A DNA stretch of 24,000 nucleotides from an uncultured Lachnospiraceae bacterium (GTDB taxonomy: Bacteria; Bacillota; Clostridia; Lachnospirales; Lachnospiraceae), in NCBI GenBank assembly GCA_910585075.1, contig CAJUED010000012.1, positions 1 through 24,000 of the forward strand, read 5' to 3'. Position 1 is the first letter of the stretch. Each line of letters opens with the position of its first letter. The position numbers and the translations under genes are program-made. The notes below the pieces were generated by a model. That model did no database searches. It had not been told where the DNA came from and saw only the letters and a list, made by a program, of their open reading frames with translations. This document shows positions 15,219-24,000 of this stretch, in pieces.

Positions 15219-16307
15219 TTAATAATCAAGACTTTCCATATAATTCATATATTTCACTACCATAAGCGCAATTCTAAATGTAATGGCATCTTCAAAAATC
15301 CGAAGATCCAGCCCGGTACTCTTTTGCAGCTTATCCAGACGGTACACCAATGTATTCCTGTGGATAAACAACTGCCTTGAAGTCTCGGATACATTCAGGC
15401 TGTTTTCAAAAAACTTGTTGATGGTTGTAAGGGTTTCCTCATCAAATTCATCCAGCCCCCTGCCTCCAAAAATTTCTTTGATAAACATCTTACAAAGGGG
15501 AATGGGCAGCTGATAAATCAAACGGCCAATCCCAAGCTCGCTGTAGGCAATGATATTTCTCTCGTCAAAAAAGATTTTTCCTACATCCATAGCCATTTTT
15601 GCTTCCTTGTAGGAGCGGCTTACCTCTTTAATCTCCCTGACCACCGTCCCATAAGCAATATGTACTTCCGTCATGCCCTCTTTCTTTAAGAAGGCCTCCA
15701 TGCTGTCCGCATTCCTTTCAATTTCCTTAGCGCTGTCTCCTTCGGACAAATCTTTAACCACAATCACATTATTTTCATCCACTGCAGTGACGAAATCCTT
15801 CGTGTTACTGCCGTAAAAACTCCTTATGGTTTCTAAGATATTACTGTCCCGGCTGGCGCCTGTCTCAATGACCATCACCACACGCTTTACATCCGTCTGT
15901 ATATGCAGTTTTTTGGCGCGGCTGTAAATATCCACCAAAAGCATATTATCCAGCAGAAGGTTTTTGATAAAATTGTCCTTGTCAAACCGTTCTTTATAAG
16001 CCACCAGCAGATTTTGAATCTGGAACGCTGCCATCTTTCCAACCATGTACACGTCCTCTCCGATTCCCGCCGCAATCAGAACATACTCAGGCTGCTGCTC
16101 ATCATATATTTTAAAATATTGATATCCCCGTATCTCCTGAGAATCCGCCGGTGATTTGGCAAACTCCACCGTCTCCGTCTCACAGCCCGACATGGCAGGC
16201 GACGTGCAGGCAGCTTCTTTCCCATCCACATCCATAACGCAAAAATCTACCCTTGCAATTGCCTTAAGCCCCTCAATTGTGTTTTGCAAAATTTGATTAG
16301 AAATCAT
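15219..16307 (-). CDS. PucR/CdaR-family transcriptional regulator
   Basis: 362 aa. The C-terminal [33 protein letters not shown] matches the PucR C-terminal HTH pattern. Strong Shine-Dalgarno AAGGAGGGGG. Confidence 0.8.
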   Translation of the reverse strand: MISNQILQNTIEGLKAIARVDFCVMDVDGKEAACTSPAMSGCETETVEFAKSPADSQEIRGYQYFKIYDEQQPEYVLIAAGIGEDVYMVGKMAAFQIQNLLVAYKERFDKDNFIKNLLLDNMLLVDIYSRAKKLHIQTDVKRVVMVIETGASRDSNILETIRSFYGSNTKDFVTAVDENNVIVVKDLSEGDSAKEIERNADSMEAFLKKEGMTEVHIAYGTVVREIKEVSRSYKEAKMAMDVGKIFFDERNIIAYSELGIGRLIYQLPIPLCKMFIKEIFGGRGLDEFDEETLTTINKFFENSLNVSETSRQLFIHRNTLVYRLDKLQKSTGLDLRIFEDAITFRIALMVVKYMNYMESLDY

Positions 16308-16555
16308 TTGCCCCCTCCTTATTATTGTCTAAATTGCTATGCAAAATAAACAATATTTCTTTTGATTAATTGCTCTCCCCATTAGACTTCTTTTCTATAT
16401 TAATATAAATACACAAGAAAATCTACCGGTATTTATAAAATTTTTGTGTATTTTTTATGTTTTCCGGTACTTTTTTCCATTCTGAAATTCTATGCAACCT
16501 TCACAAAAGAAAAAGGCGAAACACTAAACTAATTATTCCACTTTTTTCTAATTTG

Positions 16556-16564
16556 TGGTATAAT
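16556..16564 (+). promoter_or_regulatory. Extended -10 element TGgTATAAT in the divergent intergenic region upstream of the YjfB-like gene
   Basis: TGnTATAAT match, with a weak -35 (TTCCAC) at 17-nt spacing. It would give a leader of about 150 nt. Confidence 0.35.
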
Positions 16565-16724
16565 AGATTCAAAGATTGTAGATGGCTTAATACAAAACAA
16601 GATACGTATAATCATAAGATTTTTTATGGCGTATGTCAAAATCAAATTGTAAATGTTCACAAAAATTTAATTATTTTACCAGTAAAGCCCAATTTCAGGG
16701 CCTATGGCAGAACGGAGTGTAATT

Positions 16725-16913
16725 ATGAATATCCCTGAATTATCAACCGCTTTGGCAAATGTACAACTTTCCAATCAGGTGGGAATCGCGGTTCTCGACA
16801 AAGCAATGGAAAATTCCGAAGTACTCGGTGAAAGTCTGATTAGCATGATGAACAATTCCATGGAATTATCAGTGAATCCCCACATTGGGGGAAATATTGA
16901 CATGTTGATTTAA
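16725..16913 (+). CDS. YjfB-family small protein (putative motility protein family)
   Basis: MNIPELSTALANVQLSNQVGIAVLDKAMENSEVLGESLISMM...IGGNIDMLI fits the YjfB_motility pattern as I recall it. Start at ATG 16725 with GGAG 7 nt upstream; the track's upstream start at 16704 is unlikely. Confidence 0.7.
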   Translation: MNIPELSTALANVQLSNQVGIAVLDKAMENSEVLGESLISMMNNSMELSVNPHIGGNIDMLI

Positions 16914-16963
16914 TTTTGCCCCCTGGCAAACAACTTGAGGAATCAGGTTGTCACGTTTCTTTA

Positions 16964-18004
16964 TTATTGGAGGATTTTTTGGACAACCGCAAAGAAAATC
17001 CCCGTCATCATACTCAAGCAGAGGATAAGAGCCAGTACAAACGGTACGGAAACCATCTTATCCTTTTTTTCTGTCTTCCGATACGTTGACTCATAAGACA
17101 TTACCTCCCCAGGCACATGCTCTTGGAACATTGTTTCCGGAACTGACGTCTCCCGGGGCAATTCCTTCTTAAGCAGTTTTCTCTTGGGCAGAAACACCGA
17201 CAATGCCCCCTGTCTGCCTTCATTGATACCGAGCCAGATCAGCACGGCCCAGGCCAGCGGCAATGTCACTGCTGCCAATACCAGATAAACTCCAATCCCA
17301 TAAAATAAAAAGTCTGTTGTAATTACTTCCGCCTGTTCACTGTAAAGATTTGGATTTACTTTAAGCGCTCCATACAAAAGCATGGTCTGACTCCCATTTA
17401 TAAAGCCATGATAGAGAATGCAGGGCCACAGGCTTCCCGTTGCTTCCAGCAGAAGAACCGACAGAATCCCCATTGCAAAAGCATAGCTTGCCTGATTAAA
17501 ATTCATATGAACCAGGGCAAAAATAAGCGCCGACATAATCATTGCACCAAAAGCGCTCCCTGATTTGCGGTAGGAATGATAGTAAGCCCCCCTGCAGGTA
17601 ATTTCCTCAATCACAGGCGCAATAATTCCCATGGAAAGGTACAAAACCCCAAAGGCCATCTCTCCCGCGCTCAAGCTTTCCATGGATGACGCCACTTCAT
17701 TTTCCACCCAGAGCTGGGAAAAAAGATTCAGTACCGTAAGCAAAGGCATGCTCAGGAACGTAAACAGCCCCGTCATAAGCACGGTAGTAAATTTTATCCT
17801 GCGAAATCCTAAAAAAGAAACTATTTTCTCCTTTGACGCCAGCGCAAAAACCATCACCGGCAATACCACCACTATCTCGCAGGCCAGATTACTGAAAAAC
17901 AGGCTCTCAGCTACGAAAGGGAAAAACAGGGCAATTACAAGCAGCATCCCTACATAGCATACAATTGTTATAAAAAATGCCCAATTTGCTTTTTTACTGT
18001 TCAT
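16964..18004 (-). CDS. CPBP-family intramembrane glutamic endopeptidase (CAAX protease-like) with C-terminal extension
   Basis: Polytopic membrane protein with EEITCRG (EExxxR) and FALVH (FxxxH) motifs. Shine-Dalgarno GAGGAA. Confidence 0.8.
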   Translation of the reverse strand: MNSKKANWAFFITIVCYVGMLLVIALFFPFVAESLFFSNLACEIVVVLPVMVFALASKEKIVSFLGFRRIKFTTVLMTGLFTFLSMPLLTVLNLFSQLWVENEVASSMESLSAGEMAFGVLYLSMGIIAPVIEEITCRGAYYHSYRKSGSAFGAMIMSALIFALVHMNFNQASYAFAMGILSVLLLEATGSLWPCILYHGFINGSQTMLLYGALKVNPNLYSEQAEVITTDFLFYGIGVYLVLAAVTLPLAWAVLIWLGINEGRQGALSVFLPKRKLLKKELPRETSVPETMFQEHVPGEVMSYESTYRKTEKKDKMVSVPFVLALILCLSMMTGIFFAVVQKILQ

Positions 18005-18086
18005 TACGTTTCCTCACACACTCAAAGCCACTGTCCCGATCATCCTTACGGACGAACCATACCGGCAGCATCCCTCTCCATTACCT

Positions 18087-18929
18087 TCATGTCAGCTTAA
18101 TCCCATCCGCTTCTATCACAATAAGCCGTTGCTTGTACAAATTACCTACCGCCCGCTTAAATTCATTCTTACTCATACCCGTAACGCTCCTGATAAAGTC
18201 CGGATCCGCTTTATCGTTAAAGGGCAGTCTCCCCCCTTCTTTCTTCAGCATTTCCATTATCAGCTCCGCATCTTTTCCGATTTGGATATAGGCTTTTTCC
18301 CGAAGGGTCAAAGTCAGTTTCCCATCCTCAAGTACACCCGCCACCCGGGCAGTAATCTTGTCTCCCACCTTAACGCTTCCTGCCGGCTCTCTTTTGGGAA
18401 TCATCCCACAGAAACAGTCGTCCACGGCCACAAACACACCAAAATTTTCGATTATCTCGTAAATACGGCCTTCCACTCTGTCGTCCTTTTTGTAAGGACT
18501 GTCCTTACGCAGGTAAGGGTAAACCTTCATTGTGGTGCAGAGCCTCCCGCTTTTGTCAATATAAAGGGCAACCAGGCACTCGTCTCCCTCCTGCACCTTT
18601 GCAGTCTGTTCTTTAAAAGGAAGAAGCAAGTCCTTCTCCAGCTTCCACCCAAGAAAAGCGCCTATCTTACCTGTCTCCTTTACTTTAAGCACCGCCGTTT
18701 CCCCCACGGAAAATTCCGGCTGCCTGGTGGTGGCTATGGGCCGGTCCATGGAATCTCTGTATATAAATACCTCTAAGCTGCTTCCCACTTCAACGTCCTG
18801 GGGCACTTCCTTTTTTGGAAGGAGCACTCTTTCCTCCCGGTTTCCTTCCTCCCCTGTGTCGGCCAGATATACGCCAAAATCAACCCTTTTTACTACTGTC
18901 AGCTCCTGCCTTTTTCCTAATTGTATCAT
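18087..18929 (-). CDS. cvfB: CvfB/YitL-family S1 RNA-binding domain protein
   Basis: 280 aa. N-terminus MIQLGKRQELTVVKRVDFGVYLA, repeated S1-like segments and a C-terminal winged-helix-like tail (...FKRAVGNLYKQRLI). Shine-Dalgarno GGAGGA. Confidence 0.8.
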   Translation of the reverse strand: MIQLGKRQELTVVKRVDFGVYLADTGEEGNREERVLLPKKEVPQDVEVGSSLEVFIYRDSMDRPIATTRQPEFSVGETAVLKVKETGKIGAFLGWKLEKDLLLPFKEQTAKVQEGDECLVALYIDKSGRLCTTMKVYPYLRKDSPYKKDDRVEGRIYEIIENFGVFVAVDDCFCGMIPKREPAGSVKVGDKITARVAGVLEDGKLTLTLREKAYIQIGKDAELIMEMLKKEGGRLPFNDKADPDFIRSVTGMSKNEFKRAVGNLYKQRLIVIEADGIKLT

Positions 18930-19044
18930 TACTTCCTATCCTCCGTATTACCTCGCCCTACGGCGTTTCAATCCTGACTGAATCTCTCATGCACCCTGCA
19001 TTGCCCGCAGCCCGGCTTTATTCCTCTTACAGCTTCGCAATCAT

Positions 19045-19764
19045 TCATCCGGCTTCACTGTTACATAACTCCACGATACAACAAACCGTACCTCCATCGT
19101 CCTTCAGCACAACTATAAACTTATTATCCTCCGTAACCGTTGTGTAAGGAATGAGCACATCCCCCAGCACCACCTGTTTCTTATACTCTGCCCGCAGCTG
19201 TTTTATTTGACATCTTTCATTCAGACTGTCTATGGCAATCCTGACAAACTGCCCGTTGTTCACATGATGGTTTGTATCCAAATGGTGAGCACGGATTTCC
19301 ACCTTTTCCCTCTGCTCCATATTTTCCGGAATCTGTATCTTCCTTGGCGCATATTCCATATCAAGTTTCGGACCCAACACATATTTTTCGCGCATATCCT
19401 CAGGCGCCTTCACCGGCATACCTGTTCCGGTATCTAAAAGACTCCAGACCGTGTTGGCCACGGCCAGCCGCTTTCCCTCCTCATCTGTCATGAGAAAATT
19501 ACGAAATCCCAAAAAACCTTTAAAATCATAAGGTACGGTTCCCACCGTAACCGTCTCGCCCAGTTTTGGATAACGCTCCACCACAATCTGCCAGGAAGAC
19601 ATTACCCACACCAGGTGGCGCTCCTTTAAACAATCCACCCCCAGTCCCAAATCTTCCGACTGAAAGGTGGAACAATCCTGAAAATAATCAAGCAGCGATT
19701 CCAATCTCAAATGCCCCGACTCGTCCAACTCACTGTATCTGATTCTGCTCTTATAACTGTACAT
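19045..19764 (-). CDS. Acyl-ACP thioesterase
   Basis: MYSYKSRIRYSELDESGHLRLESLLDYFQDCSTFQSEDLG... is the typical double hot-dog acyl-ACP thioesterase N-terminus. Start at ATG 19764 with GGAGAGGA upstream; the track's 19779 is 5 codons longer. Confidence 0.8.
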   Translation of the reverse strand: MYSYKSRIRYSELDESGHLRLESLLDYFQDCSTFQSEDLGLGVDCLKERHLVWVMSSWQIVVERYPKLGETVTVGTVPYDFKGFLGFRNFLMTDEEGKRLAVANTVWSLLDTGTGMPVKAPEDMREKYVLGPKLDMEYAPRKIQIPENMEQREKVEIRAHHLDTNHHVNNGQFVRIAIDSLNERCQIKQLRAEYKKQVVLGDVLIPYTTVTEDNKFIVVLKDDGGTVCCIVELCNSEAG

Positions 19765-19926
19765 GACTATCCTCTCCATCCCATTGTTATCTTCGCCCGG
19801 AGCGGCGTTTTAATCTTATTATATCCATTTTACCGCCTGCCCACAACCCTGACTTTCATCAAGGTTTTATTTCCAATACCCCGTAGCTCTGCTGCGTAAC
19901 AAGCTTGCTGCGGGGTATTAGACCGC

Positions 19927-19963
19927 ATAAAAAACCCTGGTGAAAGGATTCACCAGGGTTTTT
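19927..19963. terminator. Bidirectional intrinsic terminator downstream of tRNA-Gln
   Basis: CCCTGGTGAA (19935-19944) / TTCACCAGGG (19949-19958) form a 10-bp stem with a 4-nt loop. It is flanked by an A-run (19928-19934) and a T-run (19959-19963). Confidence 0.8.
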
Positions 19964-19965
19964 CG

Positions 19966-20037
19966 CTGGGCTACAAGGATTCGAACCTTGAAATGACGGA
20001 GTCAGAGTCCGTTGCCTTACCGTTTGGCGATAGCCCA
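19966..20037 (-). tRNA. tRNA-Gln (anticodon CUG), 72 nt, no encoded CCA
   Basis: Minus-strand sequence: TGGGCTATCGCCAAACGGTAAGGCAACGGACTCTGACTCCGTCATTTCAAGGTTCGAATCCTTGTAGCCCAG. Acceptor stem is TGGGCTA/TAGCCCA, anticodon stem ACGGA/TCCGT with loop CT-CTG-AC, and T-arm contains GGTTCGAATCC. The U1-A72 pair is typical of tRNA-Gln. Confidence 0.9.
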
Positions 20038-20055
20038 ATGTCATTTACTTAAGCT

Positions 20056-20084
20056 AGTATACACGATAATCATGGATTTGGCAA
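20056..20084 (-). promoter_or_regulatory. Sigma-A type promoter for tRNA-Gln (TTGCCA, 17-nt spacer, TATACT)
   Basis: Minus-strand -35 is the complement of 20079-20084 and -10 the complement of 20056-20061. The spacer is exactly 17 nt. The -10 ends 18 nt before the tRNA 5' end. Confidence 0.6.
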
Positions 20085-20259
20085 GTATTATTTTAAAAAT
20101 TTTTTTAAAATATAATTTCTGAAATTTTTTAATTATTCTGAATCTTTTTTGGCAATTTATGCATTCCCATCCAAAAAAATGTTTTCAATTTCATAAAAAT
20201 CTGGTATCTTTAAATAATAAGAATGCTCATATATGTATTTTGACTAGGAGGGTTATTTT

Positions 20260-20931
20260 ATGAGGTATTTTTTTAACGGTAAAATTGACAAAGAGGATGA
20301 TCTCTACACCATCCGCATTCCCTTTAACGTGTGGGAAGTTTGCAAGAAGCGTGATGTAATTGAAGCCGAGCTGGTTCTCGACAACAAAATTATTGAATGT
20401 GAGTTAATCCCTGAGGCAAAGGGCAATTACAAAATCCATCTGCAGGAAGAAGATGTTTCACACGTTGATGTATCAAAAGAGCACAAAATTCTCCTTCACA
20501 TTACGGGGAGCCTGATTCAACTTAATCGAAACAGTCCCTACAGCTTCGATAATCCCATCCGTAAAATTGACGGCGTGGACATTATCATCCAGCCCGAGGA
20601 CGGTCTCTGCGGCCAGACCTGTGTTGCCATGCTTGCAGGTGTTACAATCGCCGAGGTTATCAGCGTTATGGACTGCCGGGAGTGGCAGGGAACCATGGGA
20701 CGCGTGATTTCCGCTTTAAATTATTATGGAATCGACCACAGCGACGTCATTGTTTATACGGAAGGCAAACCGGCCACTCTGCCTAAATGCTGTATCATGA
20801 TGGAAAAGATGGGGCTTTACTGCCATTATCTGGTGCATTATGACGGCAAATTCTACGACTCCAACCTTGGCATCATTCCCGAATATGATATGAGTAAGCT
20901 TCTCGGCTATCTGGAAGTAAAGGTTGAATAG
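20260..20931 (+). CDS. Uncharacterised two-domain protein: DUF1905-like N-terminal beta-barrel plus C39-like (papain-fold) cysteine peptidase domain
   Basis: 223 aa with Shine-Dalgarno TAGGAGGG. N-terminal IRIPFNVWEVCKKRDVIEAELVLDNKIIECELIPEAKGNYKIHL resembles DUF1905. C-terminal QPEDGLCGQTCVAMLAG ... CHYLVHYDGKFYDSN fits a Q/C...H/D peptidase_C39-like arrangement. Confidence 0.55.
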   Translation: MRYFFNGKIDKEDDLYTIRIPFNVWEVCKKRDVIEAELVLDNKIIECELIPEAKGNYKIHLQEEDVSHVDVSKEHKILLHITGSLIQLNRNSPYSFDNPIRKIDGVDIIIQPEDGLCGQTCVAMLAGVTIAEVISVMDCREWQGTMGRVISALNYYGIDHSDVIVYTEGKPATLPKCCIMMEKMGLYCHYLVHYDGKFYDSNLGIIPEYDMSKLLGYLEVKVE

Positions 20932-20972
20932 TTGCATATTCAATGACTCAGGCATGAAAGTACTCCTGAAAC

Positions 20973-21002
20973 AAAATCCCCCGGCAGCTGTCCGGGGGAT
21001 TT
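20973..21002. terminator. Bidirectional intrinsic terminator between the convergent 223-aa gene and glnN
   Basis: ATCCCCCGG (20976-20984) / CCGGGGGAT (20992-21000) form a GC-rich 9-bp stem with a 7-nt loop, flanked by AAA and TT. Confidence 0.75.
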
Positions 21003-21015
21003 ACCATCTTATTAT

Positions 21016-23127
21016 TTACACTTCAAAAATCAAATCGCCATAAGTCGGAATCGGCCATACCTTCTTATCCACCATCATTTCCACCTCATCCGCCGGCGCC
21101 CGCAGCTCATCCATTGCTGTCTTCACAACATCTTTATAGTAGAAAGCCTGCTCCTTGGCGTCACTCACGGTACCGGCCTTGGCCAGCGCATCTTCCAGTT
21201 TAGCCAATGCCCCTTTCATGGCGGAGAGTTTTTCGGAAACCGCCTTTAACAAGTCCGCACTGGCGGAGGCATCCGCGCCCGCTTCCCTTACGGCAATCAC
21301 AGTATCCGCAAGGGATTTCGTATAGCGGATCACAGCCGGTATAATCTGCTTTGAAGCCATATCAATCATGGTAAGAGCCTCAATATTGATGGTCTTTGTG
21401 TATGTCTCGTAGAGAACCTCCTCCCGGGACTCCAATTCCGCTTTCGTGAAAATACCAAATTTTTCAAAAAGTTTCACAGCTTTATCGGTGGTAAGCGTAT
21501 CCACCGCCTCAACCATGGATTTAATATTAGGAAGTCCCCTTCTCTCGGCCTCGGCCACCCACTCCTCCGAATAACCGTTGCCGTTAAAAATGATTCTCTG
21601 GTGCTTTGTCAGATATTCCTTGATCAAATCATGGACTGCCAGGTCAAAGTCATCCGCCTTTTCCAGAATATCGGCCGCCTCACAGAAGGCCTCCGCAACG
21701 ATTGCATTTAAAATCGTATTAGGGCTTCCAATGGAATCGGAAGAACCAACCATACGGAACTCAAATTTGTTTCCTGTAAAGGCAAAGGGCGACGTCCTGT
21801 TCCGGTCGGTTGCATCCTTTGTAAAGTCAGGCAGTGTGGAAACCCCTGTCTCCAGCTTGCCACCCTGTAACACATGGGCTGCCTCACCCGTCTCCACCAG
21901 CTGCTTTACCACATCCTCAAGCTGCTCGCCTAAGAATACGGATATGATCGCCGGAGGCGCCTCGTTGGCTCCAAGCCTGTGGTCGTTTCCTACGTCGGAT
22001 GCACTCTGACGGAGCAAATCCGCATGAATGTCAACAGCCTTGATGATGCAGGCAAGTACCAGCAGGAACTGAATGTTCTCGTTGGGCGTATCGCCGGGGT
22101 CTAACAGGTTCACGCCATTGTCCGTACCAAGAGACCAGTTGTTGTGCTTTCCGGAACCGTTCACCCCTGCAAACGGCTTTTCATGGAGCAGGCATGTAAG
22201 CCCGTGGCGGCCTGCCACCTTTTTCATGGTCTCCATAACAAGCTGGTTATGATCTACGGCAATATTTGCCGTTTCATAGATGGACGCAAGCTCGTGCTGA
22301 GCAGGAGCCACCTCGTTGTGCTGGGTCTTAGCCGTCACTCCGAGTTTCCACAGCTCAATATTCAAGTCCTTCATATATGCGCCAATACGTTCCCGTATGG
22401 TTCCGAAATAATGATCCTCAAGCTCCTGCCCCTTAGGTGCGGACGCTCCAAACAAAGTGCGGCCTGTAAAAATAAGGTCCAATCTCTGTAAATATTTCTC
22501 CCTGTCCACCAGGAAATATTCCTGTTCCGGTCCCACACTTGGCACCACCTTGGTAGCCTGTGTATTTCCAAAAAGTCTTACGATACGCAGAGCCTGCTCA
22601 TTGATTGCCTCCATGGAGCGCAGCAGAGGAGTTTTCTTATCCAGCGCCTCCCCCTTATAAGAACAGAACGCTGTGGGAATGCATAAAATCACACCTGTCG
22701 CATCTTCCTTTAAAAAGGCAGGGGATGTAATATCCCATGCGGTATATCCTCTCGCCTCAAAGGTAGCCCTAAGACCGCCCGAAGGAAAAGAAGAAGCATC
22801 CGGCTCGCCCTTGATCAACTCCTTACCGGAGAATTCCATAAGCATTTTCCCATTTTCATCAGGATGGGAAATAAAGGAATCATGCTTTTCAGCGGTAATC
22901 CCCGTCAGCGGCTGAAACCAGTGGGTATAGTGGGTGGCGCCGTTTTCTACTGCCCAGTCTTTCATTTCCTTGGCAACCACATCAGCCGTTGCCAGCGATA
23001 ACTCGCCGCCCTTTTCCATCACCCTGATTACTTCTTTGTAAACATTTTTCGGCAGCCTTTCTTTCATTGTAGCCCGTGTGAATACCTTACTCGCAAAAAA
23101 TTCTTCAACGTTAATAACTTCGCTCAT
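21016..23127 (-). CDS. glnN: Glutamine synthetase type III
   Basis: Length is 704 aa from ATG 23127 ([33 protein letters not shown]...[12 protein letters not shown]...), with GGGAG Shine-Dalgarno 7 nt upstream. The length and N-terminal blocks are characteristic of GSIII. The track's 33-codon upstream extension is unlikely. Confidence 0.85.
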   Translation of the reverse strand: MSEVINVEEFFASKVFTRATMKERLPKNVYKEVIRVMEKGGELSLATADVVAKEMKDWAVENGATHYTHWFQPLTGITAEKHDSFISHPDENGKMLMEFSGKELIKGEPDASSFPSGGLRATFEARGYTAWDITSPAFLKEDATGVILCIPTAFCSYKGEALDKKTPLLRSMEAINEQALRIVRLFGNTQATKVVPSVGPEQEYFLVDREKYLQRLDLIFTGRTLFGASAPKGQELEDHYFGTIRERIGAYMKDLNIELWKLGVTAKTQHNEVAPAQHELASIYETANIAVDHNQLVMETMKKVAGRHGLTCLLHEKPFAGVNGSGKHNNWSLGTDNGVNLLDPGDTPNENIQFLLVLACIIKAVDIHADLLRQSASDVGNDHRLGANEAPPAIISVFLGEQLEDVVKQLVETGEAAHVLQGGKLETGVSTLPDFTKDATDRNRTSPFAFTGNKFEFRMVGSSDSIGSPNTILNAIVAEAFCEAADILEKADDFDLAVHDLIKEYLTKHQRIIFNGNGYSEEWVAEAERRGLPNIKSMVEAVDTLTTDKAVKLFEKFGIFTKAELESREEVLYETYTKTINIEALTMIDMASKQIIPAVIRYTKSLADTVIAVREAGADASASADLLKAVSEKLSAMKGALAKLEDALAKAGTVSDAKEQAFYYKDVVKTAMDELRAPADEVEMMVDKKVWPIPTYGDLIFEV

Positions 23128-23379
23128 CCTTTTACTCCCTTTCCTGAAATTCTCCGTATAATTTTTCATATGCGGTCCTGTGCATAAAAAAATGTCCCAA
23201 AAAAACTTTGGAACATCTTTGTTCATAATATCTCTTTATTTTCTTCGTTTTTAAAGATACATGATAATTTATAAAAATGCAAGACATATTTTTATTTTTA
23301 TTATATTTTGCTAAAAAGCAATCAGACAATTCCTCCGGAACAGGCATATTGTACATCCGCCTGCCTCCATAATTGTCTT

Positions 23380-24000
23380 TTAAGATTTATTTTGCATCCT
23401 CAAAATATCATATTTCTCCGGGCGCTCGCTCAGCTCCACCCAGAGGATTTCCTTCGCATGGGGTGCGCTCGCAACCTGTTTCCCTTCCTCTGTGACGAGA
23501 GATAATACCCGGACGGGCACATTTCTTCCGTCGGGTTTCATGATTTCTATGCCATCTCCCACGCCGAACTTATTTTTCTGCTCTATCCGGGCCTGCCCTG
23601 TTTCCGATACTTCCTCAACAATACCCAGATAAATGTACTCGCTTACATAGGTACTGTTGTCGTAAATCTGCGTATTTTCATCGGGCCTGCCAAAATAAAA
23701 TCCTGTGGTGAACTGGCGGTAAGTACACTTTGCTATCTCCTTAAGATACCAGTCCATATTGGCCCGGTACTTTTCTTCCGATTCCATGCAGTCGTCAATT
23801 GCTTTTCTGTAGGTTCTCGCCACCGTAGCCACATACAGCGCGTTCTTCATCCTTCCCTCTATCTTAAAACTGTCAATACCAGCATCAAGCAGCTCCGGAA
23901 TATGGCCTATCATACATAAATCCCTGGAATTAAAAATATAGGTCCCTCTCTCATTTTCGTAGACAGGAAGGTACTCTCCCGGCCGCTTTTCCTCCACAAC
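23380..24000 (-). CDS. Peptidase U32 family protein, C-terminal part (5' end outside the window)
   Basis: ...IFNSRDLCMIGHIPELLDAGIDSFKIEGRMKNALYVATVARTYRKAIDD... is the conserved U32 core following the catalytic region. The frame stays open to position 24000, so the track's GTG at 23997 is internal. Confidence 0.75.
   Translation of the reverse strand, partial: VVEEKRPGEYLPVYENERGTYIFNSRDLCMIGHIPELLDAGIDSFKIEGRMKNALYVATVARTYRKAIDDCMESEEKYRANMDWYLKEIAKCTYRQFTTGFYFGRPDENTQIYDNSTYVSEYIYLGIVEEVSETGQARIEQKNKFGVGDGIEIMKPDGRNVPVRVLSLVTEEGKQVASAPHAKEILWVELSERPEKYDILRMQNKS

Noticed and set aside
14482-15222. 246-aa plus-strand ORF antisense to ftsE, and similarly 18129-18776 (215 aa) antisense to cvfB
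   Set aside because: Long antisense ORFs are common opposite highly conserved genes. ftsE and cvfB have unambiguous motifs, while the antisense translations are S/L/F-rich with no recognisable domain.
16683-16712. Possible sigma-D (sigma-28) promoter TAAA-N13-GCCTATGG upstream of the YjfB-like 'motility' gene
   Set aside because: Only about 5 of 8 positions match the GCCGATAT -10 consensus, and the spacing is short. It is too weak to call.
23330-23379. Possible terminator after the U32 peptidase gene (CAGGC...GCCTG)
   Set aside because: Only 5 contiguous base pairs, no T-run, and the pairing breaks down beyond that.

Overview
This is a 24-kb chromosomal window from a Firmicutes/Clostridia-type genome, judged from the protein families and GGAGG-type ribosome-binding sites. 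No database search was run.

Positions 1 to about 10400 are the right-hand part of an integrative/conjugative-type mobile element; its left end lies outside the window. The backbone genes are all on the minus strand: a Cys-rich protein truncated by the window edge, a Cys-rich-VLP small protein, a TTRAP-like protein, a sigma/ArpU-like regulator and an HTH protein.

Between the backbone modules sits a defence cargo of three parts:
- a complete two-gene Gabija system (GajA 1763-3448, GajB 3448-4974);
- a two-TM SieB-like membrane protein (5296-5889);
- a convergent AbiEi/AbiEii type IV toxin-antitoxin / abortive-infection pair (6120-7653).
The Gabija and SieB-like genes lie in a visibly AT-richer block.

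The element appears to be inserted inside uvrB. Only the first 90 codons of uvrB remain (10401-10670), behind a promoter with a LexA/Cheo-type SOS box. The junction region carries three helically phased 10-bp repeats, a possible 34-aa sORF and a strong intrinsic terminator.

The remaining 13.5 kb is ordinary core genome, mostly on the minus strand:
- S41 C-terminal processing protease, M23 coiled-coil peptidase, ftsX, ftsE and a PucR-type regulator;
- a YjfB-like small protein (plus strand);
- a CPBP intramembrane protease, CvfB-like S1-domain protein and acyl-ACP thioesterase;
- tRNA-Gln(CUG);
- a DUF1905-like/C39-like cysteine-peptidase fusion (plus strand);
- type III glutamine synthetase and a U32 peptidase truncated by the window end.

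No CRISPR array, rRNA or transposase was seen. The points most worth follow-up are the multi-system defence cargo (especially the uncharacterised SieB-like gene behind Gabija), the interruption of uvrB downstream of an SOS-controlled promoter, and the structured non-coding DNA at the cargo and element boundaries.
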